This document shows, in pieces, positions 38,570 through 50,500 of a stretch of DNA of 64,000 bases. The stretch is from the NCBI GenBank assembly GCA_013239625.1, contig MU055600.1, forward strand, positions 9,612,738-9,676,737, read 5' to 3'. A program made the translations under genes and the position numbers. Under the pieces are notes generated by a model that was not told where the DNA came from, made no database searches, and saw only the letters and a program-made list of their open reading frames with translations. The DNA comes from Lama guanicoe. Lineage: Eukaryota. How positions within the stretch are numbered: the first letter of the stretch is position 1; the number at the start of each line of letters is the position of its first letter.

Positions 38570-39400
38570 CTCTCTCAGTTTTTACCCCTGTACCTGCCCC
38601 TCCCCAGGCCCTCCATGAGTGGGATATGGCATTCCCATTCACTCAGCAGCACAAGCCCCAAATCCACCAGTTGTCCTTGATGTCTCTTTCCTGTAGTGCC
38701 ACCAAACCCATCAATTAATCCTATTGACTCCAGCCTCTAAACATTTCTCAGATCTGCCCACATCCCCAGTAGATCCACTTCTTCCCATCCTGCTGCCACC
38801 ATCCTCCATCCTCATCCAAGCCAGGATGCTGTCTCTCCTGCACAATGTTCTCCTGACTGAGCTTCCGTTCTTCCCCCAGACCCCCAACTTTCATCCCTCA
38901 TCCCCACTCTGGAGCAGTCGGCCAGCCAGGGTCATCTTTAATAAAAAGTAAAGGAGGAAATTTGCTGTCTCTCTGCTACTTCACATCAGAGGTTAGTTAG
39001 GATAAAAGCCAAACTCATTTTATCATTGCTTTTGGGAGCTGATCCAACCCACCCCCTGACCTCATCGTCAGCCCCTCCTCCACCCCACTGCCCTTCCTTC
39101 TCTTGTCTCACATTCCAAGTTCAGTGCCACCTTAGAGCCCTGACAACAGCCCTGACAGAGCCCTGACTACCTGTCCCTGAATGCTTGCTCTCCAATCACT
39201 CAACTGAAAGTGGTCACTCTTATCGCAGGACTCTGTTTAAATTTTCGTGCACAGCACTCCAGCCATCAGATAATTGTCTTACTGACTTATTTGTCTGTTT
39301 ATCAGCTGGTGTCCCCAGTGGAATGCTAGCTCCATGAGAGCTAGAGACCTTTGTCTCCATCAGAACTGTGCCCCCAGCAGCTCAAGGAATAGATGAGTGA
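38570..39400 (+). mobile_element. L2 3' fragment
   Basis: cagttgtccttgatgtctctttcc...ggataaaagccaaactc...tgtccccagtggaatgctagctccatgagagctagagacctttgtct. Confidence 0.7.
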
Positions 39401-40445
39401 CTGCCTGGGTGGGTTTTATTATTATTGTCCCATAGGCTCCCATGACTTTCAAAGCCTCAGGTGGGAACTGGAGATCCAGAGCCATCCATGGTGGCTGCGG
39501 CTTCAGCAGAACTGAATTCTGAAAGCAAGGTAGACGTGCCAGGTATTAAACCAGGGCAGTGCCCTGCGGGAGGGCAGTCCCAGCTCTGAGCTAATATCAG
39601 GCTCGACACCACAGTCATCTGAGCATAGATTCTACCAGCAAACACGAGAACGTCAAAGTTATTGAAAACCAGAGCCTTGGGTTCTCCATCTCCTCTGAAA
39701 TCTCTCACCTTTCCCTCAGCCTGGGGCCCAGTCCTCAGGCTAGGGCTCGATATCACAGCATCAGCTCATTAAACCACTGACATAGACAAAAAAGGGCCAC
39801 CTCCTTGACCGGAAAGTCCTGAATTACATTGCAGTGGGGTGGGCTCTGTGAACCTCCTCACAGGTGATGGCTCAGAGGAGGCCAGACGTGAACCTCCCTC
39901 AGTCTGTGGGACGCAGGGTCTGTGTCCTTGTGCGGGGCCAGCATATTCTGCCACAGCTGCCAAGTTGACCCCTGAGGAGGGTGGGAAACTGAGGATGAAG
40001 GTGTCTGCCTACTGCATGTCCCCAGCTGCATCTCACTAGGCGAAGTGAGGGGCAGACCCCAAATTTGGCTACGAGGCAGCCAAAATCACATGAGCAGAGA
40101 AATGAAGTTCAGCCCAAACTCGCCAGAGTGGAAACAGGCAGTAGTTTGGCATCCTCTGTGAATGTGAGCTCATCAGTATCTGGGTCCCCTTCCCAAACGA
40201 GACAGACCCAGGACCTCCTTCCAGGGGAACCACAGAAAAGCCGTCCCAGCGCAAACACACTCATGCTCGGTGGCTTTGTGCTCTACTTCTCTAAGGAAAC
40301 AAAAAGAAATCCCCTCTGTTGTCTCTCTCTTCAGTTCTACCCTCTTATTTAAATGTTTCCCTCTTGTCTGAGGTGAATCGGTAGCTCTTTTTCCCCAAGG
40401 TTAACCCCGCCACCAAAGCTTTTGTCTTCAGTTTTTTCCATTTAC

Positions 40446-40811
40446 TTTTTTTTAATTGTTATTTTTTTGAAGTGTAGTCGATATACAATGTTAGTTTCAT
40501 GTGTACAGCAAAGTGATTCAATTATACATATACACATATATATTTTTCAGATTCTTTTCCATTACAGCTCATTATAAGAAATTGAATATAGTTCCCTGTG
40601 CTATACAGTTGGTCCTTGTTGTTTATCTATTTTATATTTAGTAGTATGTGTTTACTAATCCCAAACTCCCAATCTATTCCCCCCCTACCTTTCCCTCCAG
40701 GTAACCGCACTTTGTTTTCTATGTCATGAGTCTATCTCTATTTATAAGTCATATAAATAAAATTTGTATTATACGATGTTATTTATATGTGGAATCTAAA
40801 AAAAAAGATAC
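40446..40811 (-). mobile_element. Cetartiodactyl-type L1 3' end with 5' inversion
   Basis: Poly(T) then antisense L1 3'UTR (gaagtgtagtcgatatacaatg...gttccctgtgctatacag...ttgttttctatgtc), followed by a sense segment (tatatgtggaatctaaaaaaaaagatac). Confidence 0.8.
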
Positions 40812-43800
40812 TTCCTTTTTGGATATTGTCCCATCTACTAGTTACCTCTGATCGATACTATGAATCTCTCCTTCCCACTGACTTCTCACCTATGGCATAA
40901 GGCTTCCCTCATCCTAATAAAAAGCACCCCCTGACCCCACCTCCCTGGAAATTTCTCCCACATGCCCCTTCATCACCAGACTCAATGATAGAGAGTTGAA
41001 CTGCTCGCGCCACTGACCAATTGTCAACTCCCTCTCTATTTTTCAAGCCTTTACACTCTTATTTTACCATTTCATTCCCTGACCTGTCACCCAGTCAAGG
41101 TGATCTCCTGATGCCCCAATCCAGCAGCTTTTTCTTCATCCTCATTCAACACAGATGAATCTCCAGTCCCTCCATCTGACCAAAGCTCACCTATGCTCTC
41201 TCGCCAATCGCTCTCTGACACGTGACTAGGGGCGCTCACTTGTCTTGTCAGACATAGATATGATCTGGAACTCCAGGACGCCCAGAACACACAGATACTT
41301 ATCAGAACGTTGCGTAGGACTTCACTGTGCTTGGCCATCTACCTATGAAGCCATGACCAGATCTAAATCCTCTTTGCAACTCTGATGCATAGCACTGTGC
41401 TTCAAATTAAGTTTAGATGCTCATCCAGTCATGGAATGTCATTAAGAAAATGTGAGCAACGGAGGCATAAGAAATCTCAGTGAGTTGTATGGGTGGACTT
41501 GCAGGGAAACTGGAAATACTTCTTCCTGTGAGATCTTTCATAGGGAAGGAGCATTTAATTAATGCCTTAGTTAATAACTTTTGAAAAATGAACAACTATT
41601 TATCAAGCACCCGCCGTGCTGGGCAGATTTGCAGACCAGCACACCAGCTACAGCAGGCACTGGGGAAGGAGCGGGGGTGTTAGGTAGGCAGGAAGCAAGC
41701 CAGATCTGAAGCGGCTGCAGTGGCAGGGCTGGTTCCTGGGTGTGCGCTGTGCTGTCTGCTTCCTGAGCCAGAGTAGGTCCTGCCAAGGGCATGGCTGGAT
41801 GAAATAAGCAATGAATGGACATTGGTATGTTAGCGAGGCCACCAGGCTCCCTTTGGCTTGGCTATCAGTGGCCAACTGCTGCTCTAATCGCCTCCCTCTG
41901 CTTTTTTGCAATCCCATTGCAAGGAGAGAGAAGGGCAGTCTCTCAGAGGTCCTTCCCAGCCTGATCCTCTTTGATTCCCAGCTACCCTGGTTTCCGGGAG
42001 GATGCCAGAGAGCCTCATATGGCGGGCCACACATGCCCGGGTGGGCTTCCAGGGCTGGTAACCATTGTCCCTCCCTCAGCCTGGCAGATAGGAAGGACTA
42101 GTACCCAGGGATCCTGGGATACACATGGCATCTTGGCAGCCACCTCTATCAGATGACCCGCGAACAGCTTGCTTGGGCTGTAGGAAGTGACACAAACCTA
42201 ACTGCCCTCGTTGGTCTCGACTTCAGCGCTCCTCCCAGGCCCAGTTTTTTTTTCTCCCTTCCCTTTTGCCACCCGATCTCCATCCTTAATATCACCCCCT
42301 TCTGCTTGTCCGTGCCCCCATATGTTTGGGTTCTTTTTGGAGCATCTGCTGTGCTGTCTGTCCACCCTTCCAGTCCCCCGGAGCCTCCTCTCCAGCAGAC
42401 AAGAGCCCAGGCACTCAGAAGAGGGGAGGATCAGTTTCTCCTCCTGGTCAGCCTCTGTCCCATGCCCACCCCAGAAGGACACTGAGGGCCGCTTTAGAAA
42501 AAGAAGAGGAGGGGGCCCCACTGGAATCCCAGCATGGGCTTTGCTGGCACCACTGAGAGTGGCAACAGAGAAAAAACATGGCTCTCGCTTGGCCTCCAAA
42601 GCTATAGATTTAGATAATCGCATGTTCAGTCTCTCCACCCCTTCATCTTCCCTGTTGCTGTTTCCTTGAATCCACTCCAGCTGGTTGATTTCCCTCCAGT
42701 TTGGGTCCCTCTTCTGCCTGGAGCCCAGATCAGTGGGTTGGCTGGAAATGTCTCGCTCTGAATTGTCCGTGGCCTTTCTTATAGCCAGCTTCAATCTCTA
42801 CTGTCATGTCTCTCTCAATACGTTTCCAGGGGGCCATCTGCTTAAAGGCCAGGGCAGGAGGTCAGGGTACATGGGAACTGCCTCCCAACCCTCACCCTGA
42901 CCTTGAGAAAGTCAAGCTGCCACGCTTGGTTAGCCATCTGTACGACATATAAGATTAGAGGCTTCACTCAGAATCCCATTAACATTTCTGGACTGTGCAG
43001 CTCAGAATCCCCAGCCCTGAAGTGTGGCCAGGCTCTGGTTAGAAGAGCCCTTTGGAGAACAACATCATGGGAATGTTGGTGGCACTTTGAAGTCACCTGG
43101 GAAAAGTTAATAACCCCTAGACCTACCGACTTTGTATCCTGGGCTCTGAAGACGTCATGTTCCAGAAGGAGGTGGCTTTCTCTCAGTGAGCTCTCTATTG
43201 CAAGAGGACAGCTGTCTACAAGGAGAGTCCACTGGCTCCCTGCTTGGGGAATCCCTAAGTACCCAGGGGTGTCTGCAATGGGCCACAAGGCAGGGAGGCA
43301 GGAACACGCAGCCCCTCTCCTGGGGGCCGCCACTCAGTGGTCCCCCTCATTCAGCTTAGCGACCAGAAATTTGGAAACGCCTGCTGTGTCATTCATAAGA
43401 ATAAAAAAATAAGACAAAATAGTCCAAGTTTCCAAATATAAGAGATTAGTGAAATAAGTATGGTATATCCACACAGCAGAACATCGTCCAGCCTTAAAAT
43501 CACGTTGCCACCTTGTGTTTATTGAGGCTTTGGAGAACCTTTCTCATAGTTATTTCTAAGGGTACACACTGCTATAACCTCGTATGGGTTAAATGTCCAC
43601 ATAGATACCCCAAGTAGCCTGTGGGGGTTATTTGGCCCTGTATTAATATTGTATTTAGGTTCAATCATTTTTATCTAGGATTAGTATATTTCTGTTCAAT
43701 CCATTGAAGTTATTTATGAGAGAAAAATATTATAAAGAAATTAAATGAATTTGGGTACACAATGTGATGGAATAGTATCTATCTCTAAAAATAGAGTGAG

Positions 43801-44029
43801 GAATTTCTCTCAGAGCCCCAAGAATCTGGCAGGGAGAACGCTAAAAAGTACAGAATAATATGTATAATATTGTTTTATATGTGCAAAATGGCGGAAAAAC
43901 AACAGAAGATATTGATATTTATTTATATATAATTTCTTTTGATACAATTCATAAAGACACACAGTAACAGTGGTTGCCTGTGTGGTGGATTGAAGAACCT
44001 GCAGACGAGGGACAGGTGTGGGAAGAATG

Positions 44030-44280
44030 CATATATATATGTGTGTGTGTATATATATACCTATATATACACACACACATACATACACACATGAGATGTT
44101 GATCACCTCAAGGTTCATACATAAAATATTTTACATCAATATATGACATATATTTATTATAATTTATATGATATATCAAATATAACATAATATATAATAT
44201 ATCATATATTATAATATATAATATATAATGCTATATATTAGTAAACTATATTTTACATATATATTTACATATACATATAA
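44030..44280. repeat. (TA)/(CA)/(TG)-rich low-complexity tract
   Basis: Degenerate AT-rich dinucleotide array. Confidence 0.85.
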
Positions 44281-44289
44281 AAAGTCTAT

Positions 44290-44770
44290 TAGGGTATTAT
44301 TTACCTACCATAAAATTCATCCATTTTAATGTACAACTCAATGATTTTTAGTAAATCTACCAATGGCACAACCATCCCCATAATCTAATCTTAGACCATT
44401 TCATCACCCTCAGTAAGATCCCTTGGGTCCATTTACGGGTAAACCCCATTCCCACCTCCAGCCCTAGGCAACCACTAATCTACTTTTTGTCTGTGTAGAT
44501 TTGCCTCTTCTGGACACTTCATACAAAGGGCATCACGTAAAATGGAATCTTCTGTGTCCCACTTCTCTCCCTTAGCGTATTGTCTTTGACGTTTATCCAT
44601 GTTGTGGTCCCAGTCCTCCATTCCTTTCTATTGTTGAGCAGTATTCCATGGTTGGTGTATACCATACTTTCTTAATCCATTCATCAGTTAATACACTTCT
44701 GAGTTGTTGCTACTTTTTGGCTATTTTGAAAAATGCTGCTTTGTACATCCAAGTACGAGTTGTGTGAGTG
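44290..44770 (-). mobile_element. L1MA/L1MB 3' end fragment
   Basis: taccataaaattcatccattttaatgtacaactcaatgatttttagtaaat...gccctaggcaaccactaatctactttttgtc...gatttgcctcttctggacacttcata. Confidence 0.85.
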
Positions 44771-46299
44771 TAGTTTTTGAACCACGTGACTAGATTATCT
44801 ATACAAAAATCTTTACCATTGCCAAAGATTAGTTAAACAGCATATGCAAGCCATCTCATAAAAGAGAAAGAAGTGAAGCAATGGATATGTGTGTACATGT
44901 GCACAGAGAATGATTTCATTCTGTTAAATAATTAAATAAGAACATAAAAAAGATTAGAAAGGCAGAAAGCTAAAATGTTAACAGTGTTGTCTCTGCGTGA
45001 TGGGATGGTGGATAATTTATGTGTTTGTGTGCTTTCCTGTACTTCAACAAATTGTCTACTGTGAATATAAATTACTTTTGTAATCAGGAAAAAAACCCCT
45101 ATAATGTTAGAAGAAAAAAAAATCCTTCCCATTCAACTTCTCCAAGGTCTTTCCCTCTCTGTTGCAGAAAGATATGCTCCCAATAGTCCACAAATAGGGG
45201 AGGAGCAAGTACAACCCATCTCTCTCTCTCTCTCTCTGTTTAATGCTGGTCACAGCATCCAGAAAACTGCAGATCCCCAATAAATACCAATCAATTTTGG
45301 AGACCTTGAGATCAGTCTCCACGGCAACCTGACAAGGGCATGACACTATATGAGCACTGCCCCAGCATGGAGATGGTCCAGCAGGAAGAATGCCGGCCTT
45401 GAATGGTGCAAGGTTACCAAAGGACCACACAGTATTTAGCTATGTGGCAATGGGATCAGGCTTCCTCAGGCTCAAAGAGGCAGGCATGCTCTAAATGATG
45501 GAACATTGGAAGTCTGAATGGATCATCCTGAACCGCCATTGCTATTTATTCAGCTGCAAACAGATGTCATGATTCAGTACTTTCCAGAACCACATTTAAG
45601 AACTAAATGTCCTTCCTCTATGCTTACCTCATGCACAGTTTCATCATATTGCTTCATAATTACTCACTTGTCTGCACCAGGTCTGTCCCGTACATTTGCA
45701 GGACCTGGGACAAGAGAGTCATTAGAAGCCTGCATCTCACAGGTCCAAAAATGTGGAAGTCATACATCAAGCTAACACCCTGTAGAGCAGATACATCCTA
45801 TCTTCCTACTCTGTTAAATATATTTTCATAATGACCTGAAATACTTGCTTCTACCAGGTACGAATTTAGACGTCTCAAGTTCCTTGGAGTTATGAGTTGT
45901 GACATGTCATGCCAGAGAGCTGGCCCCCCAGCCTACTTCCCTTTTCCATCACTCAGCAGAAGAGGTCTGGGAACACTCAGCCTGAACCCCCTCTACCCCC
46001 AGACAGCAGCCCCTTGGCCAAGTGCACACACTGCAGTGCTGCCCACCCTTAGGAGAAAAGTCCAACAGAGAGGGCTGCAAGTGTACTGGAAATGGGTAAG
46101 AAATTCTGGTTTAGGCCACTGAAATTTTATCTAGAAAGGGCATGGAACGGAGGCTCTGGGTGGCCACTTCCTGTGGCCCTTGGACTCTTAGTAGCTGAAG
46201 GAGGGCCCTGAAAAGACTGAGAATCCTCTTGATTATGGGTTACCAATGTGAATTCCCACTGGATCGGATTTCTTGAGCTTGGCACTACTGACATTTAGG

Positions 46300-46405
46300 A
46301 CCAGATATAGATGGATAAAACCCACATACACAAAAACTCTTTGAGGTCCTCATAGTTTTTAAGAATGTAAAGGGGTCCCAAGACCAGAAAGTTTGAGAGC
46401 CACTG
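46300..46405. mobile_element. hAT-Charlie terminal fragment (adjacent MER20-like start at about 46265-46306)
   Basis: aaactctttgaggtcctcatagtttttaagaatgtaaaggggtcccaagaccagaaagtttgagagccactg. Confidence 0.6.
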
Positions 46406-47512
46406 TCCTAGAGCAACAACGCTGCCCACACTTCTACAACATTGAGTGTAGGGAGTAGAGAAAAAAAATACATGGAAGGCCTTCCTGAGAGGTAGAATAA
46501 ATAACCGAATGTAAAAATAAGTACATTTTCAGAATTTTATAACAGGAGTGTCACTGTGACATTTTAACTGCAAAATGTTCTGTAGGTTCTTCACAGTGGA
46601 AAAAAACAAGTCTGGGGGGAAAAAAAGCAAAAATAGTAAGATTTTCAATAAAAGCTATACGTCTTAGATACAATATGGATTGTTTGGAAGTTTCCTGATG
46701 ATCTGATTTGCACTTGTACTAGCCTCACCTCAGACACCCCCAACCTGTCCAAAAATTGACTCCACTTGTTGGCATGCCCAAGAGTGCCAAGGGTGTGCAA
46801 AAACAATTAAAGGGAAAGTGACAGAGAGCGTGTTTGTATTATTTGTGGAAGGGGAAGGGAAAGCGTCTAAAATGTGTAATTTAAAATTTAACTGCAATTT
46901 TGTGATGAACAGTGGCTTTCAGTAATCCCTGCCATAGAATCAGGATGTATTATCAACCAGAAGCATTTTTGTTAATATCTGAACAGCATCCCTGAGCAAA
47001 ATAAACAGCTGAAAGACTCCATTCCCTCTAGCTTTAACACCAGTTCTTCAACAACTGCTGATTTTCCCTTTTTAAATGTCTCCACTTCCTATCCCCCCAC
47101 CAACACATAACAGAGATGTTATATTCTTGCTCTGCCACCCCCACCCAAGTGCCGAGGTGTTCTGAACGCACGACATCATTCACATGCCCAGTGCGCCCTG
47201 CAGGGGCATATGACAGTGTCCTCCTATTTTTAAATGAAACAACTGAGAGCTACCTTCCCAGAGCAACATGGCCAGCTGGTGGCCAGGCCGAAACCAAGAT
47301 GCTTCCCACTGATACTGGAGCAGGGGACCCCTGAATCCTTGTTGGAAGAGGCACAAGCTAGAAGCTGACAGGGGTGGAAAGAGACGATAAAGGACTTGCT
47401 GGAGATCCTTTAGAAGAAAGCGATAACTTGTTTTTCACAACAATCATTTCTAGAAATTGCCTCCCCAAACCCCCATAATCAAAAAACATGAATTACCTCA
47501 ATTAAAAGAACA

Positions 47513-47514
<2 letters not shown>

Positions 47515-47565
<51 letters not shown>
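47515..47565 (+). repeat. (AAT)17 perfect microsatellite
   Basis: Counted directly. Confidence 0.97.
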
Positions 47566-47566
<1 letters not shown>

Positions 47567-50500
47567 GATAACTCAAGGAGAGGTCAATAGCATGTCACTA
47601 ACAAGAAAAGTCTTGCCGGTTCAAGGCTGGGGCAGCTAAATAATGAAACGTGAACCACTGACCACTTCTCTAAGCCAGCTTCAATCTCCTGTGCTATAAA
47701 TAATTCAGAGTTTTCTTTTTTCTTAAATATCACAAAACCAAGTCGGAATCTTTATGTGAAGGATTCTGTCGTGTCCCTCTCTCCCGCCTCCTCCCCCTCC
47801 CTAGCCAGCCCAGGAAACTCCCAGGAGAACGACCCCTCAAGCTTTAACATTTATTCTTTGACATTTCAGACTACTTGCTAGGCAGAGCTGCCTTCTTGAG
47901 ATCAAAGTTAGAAAATCTCGCCAAGAACTCCCACTTGGCCCTGTCCAACTGTGACAGAGAGGGTCTATGAACCTCCAAGCATCTGCTTCCTTCCTCGTTC
48001 AGAGAAATCCACCAACCCTCACCCAGAAGGGCAATCATGCTCTCACACGTACCACTCTCCCCAGCACCCTGGGAGGGAGCGGAGGTCACTCTTCCCACGT
48101 GACCCACCAAGACACACAGCAGAGAGACGGATCTGAGAACCAGAAGATGTCCCCCACGAGGAGACAGTAGTGACTTATGGGGATGGGGCATTTGGGACAT
48201 CTGTCTGGGTAGGATCTTTTATCTGTGGAACACCAAGCTCAGAGACAAATATGGAGCAAGGAAAGGCAACTTACCCAAGTCACTTTGCCAGTGGTAGTGC
48301 TGGAACTGACTCCAGGTCTTCATTTCTATGTGCTACCACGAGGTGATGTCACCTCCACCAGCCTGGGAGGGTGACCAGGTTTAGGGCTGAAGTCTTAAGC
48401 ACTTATGTGAAACAACTTACCATTCATTGTCTTCTGAGATATCACAGTGAAGATTTCTCATGCTTCACAAAAGTATCTACCTACCCACCATCTCCCAGAA
48501 TCATTTCTGCCTCCAGATAAATCAGAGAGCAGAAGTGGGGAACCGAGCCTACAGCTGGGCAAAGGTATTGGGGTGTGGTTGTTTTTCTTGATGTAAGAGG
48601 TCAGTGATTGATGAACACATCCTGACTGGTTCTTCTTTAAAAAGTTCCTGACCACACCACAGCCCAGTGTTACCTAGAGTGCATGTGTGAGTCTACTGAC
48701 AGGTGTTTAGTGAAGAGTGTTTTGTGTTTTGTTAGATTCAGAAAGTGGTAGGATAAGGTTTATATAAAGCAGGACTTCTCAGAGCCTTTAATATCCTACC
48801 ATGCATGGTGAATCTACAAGAAGTTGGTTATACCTTATAGCATTCTCCAAAGTGATTCGATGGGCTCTTAGCATCTCATGAGACTAAAGGGAAGCATTTC
48901 TGCAGCCAATGAAAAGGGGAGTAACTTGAGCCTTACAACATCATTTATCTAATAATGAGTTGGGCTTTCAAATTAAGAGAGAACTCTATTGCAGAAACTG
49001 AAGCTTTCCCCAGAAAACTGATCCATCTGTGTAGGCCAATAGTTGGTCAAGTGGTTGACCCACTAAAATTACTAAAATAGCCAAAGATACCATCCTGAAG
49101 ATGCACAGTGGTGTCATTCTGGTCTTTTTAATGACCAGATGGGCCATTGGGTATCACAGGTAAAGTACAGCAATTGCCTGTTATGATACCAAGAAACGTC
49201 AAACTGACAGCCATAAAGATTGAACAATTCCATGAGTCATTCAAACATGGACTCGGAATTTAAATTCTCCCAGGAAGGACATCTTCAGAATATATTCTAT
49301 ATTCATGGTGCCTCCTCTATCGTTTCCCCCACCAGACTCTAGTTCTCATTGGCGGACTCTGCACCTGGCTCCCTCTGAAGCAAAAGGCTTTGGTCCAGAG
49401 CTGTGACCCTCGATGGGAGCAACCAGAGAGAGTCACAGACCCCGGCTGTGCCCTCTCAGCCAGGTTGAGTTTTCAGAGACCTAACACTCACAACAAAAAT
49501 TGCTTTGAGATTTCCTCTCTGGTTCCCTGCCTGATGAGTCTTCTCTCAGAATTAACAGCAGGGATGCTGACACATGGGCGAATACATAATACATAGGCTG
49601 GACTTAGCATCCAGCTGGCGTTCTGGAATTTTCCTTCTGCCTGAGATTCCTTGTAGGAGGGCCCTGGGGGAAGCACTTATCCTGCTTGGCCCGTGGGACA
49701 TAGACATTAGGAGCTGTCCTTTTTGACTTTGACAGCAGGAGGGTGGATCTTGGAGATGCCTTGTCTGGGCTGGAACTGAGAGAGCCTTTGTGGGTCCGGG
49801 GGTCTCCTGTGTTATGGAATCTAAACCCTTTCAGCTTCAAACTCAAGTTGTGTGCTCCCGACACCATCAAGAACCTGGCTGTGTGCCATAAATGTTTCCC
49901 TGGGACCCCTGCCCTCAGTTTCCACCTTCTCACTTCCTAAGAAGGCCATCTGGGAGTCAGGATCACATGACCTTTGGCCAGAGGCTGTTTCAAGCCTCGT
50001 CACGTCAAGGATCTCACGCTGCAATTTGAAAACTATATTCCGAGGACCAAACAGACCGAAGCTGGTGTGAGCTTCAGAGTAAGACAGTGGGTGGCATTCC
50101 AGAGCTCTGTCAAAGGAGTATCCCTGGGCCATATTCAAAGGCAGCGAAGTCATTTTACAGGGGTTACGTCCTTGCCCTTCTCACTGCTGAGTGAACGCAG
50201 GGCTGAGAGAGGGGAGCTGTGTCTTTTTTAAGGGAAATAAGCCAGTTGCTTCAGTGAGGTCCGCAAAGGCAGAGCCAGGCTTCATTTTGCTGCTGTGGTT
50301 ACAAGACATGGGCGGCAGAAACCCAGGGGAAATGAGAGCGACGTAGATAAGCTGGTGTCACTGTTGGCCACCAAGGCCTCTGGCGTTACTTACCCAAGTC
50401 AGGCTTGGTGGGGTTTTCTGACGTGATGCTGGTCCTCAAACTTGGATGAAGCCACAAGTCAGGGACACAGCCCTGGGACTCATACCTTTGAGCAGCCTCA

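Noticed and set aside
39134-39168. Short tandem copies of agccctgac (also atcttgtccagtctg x2 near 16918 and tgaaatgtcc x2 near 63163)
   Set aside because: Local slippage duplications; no spacer structure, and not CRISPR-like in this eukaryotic intron.
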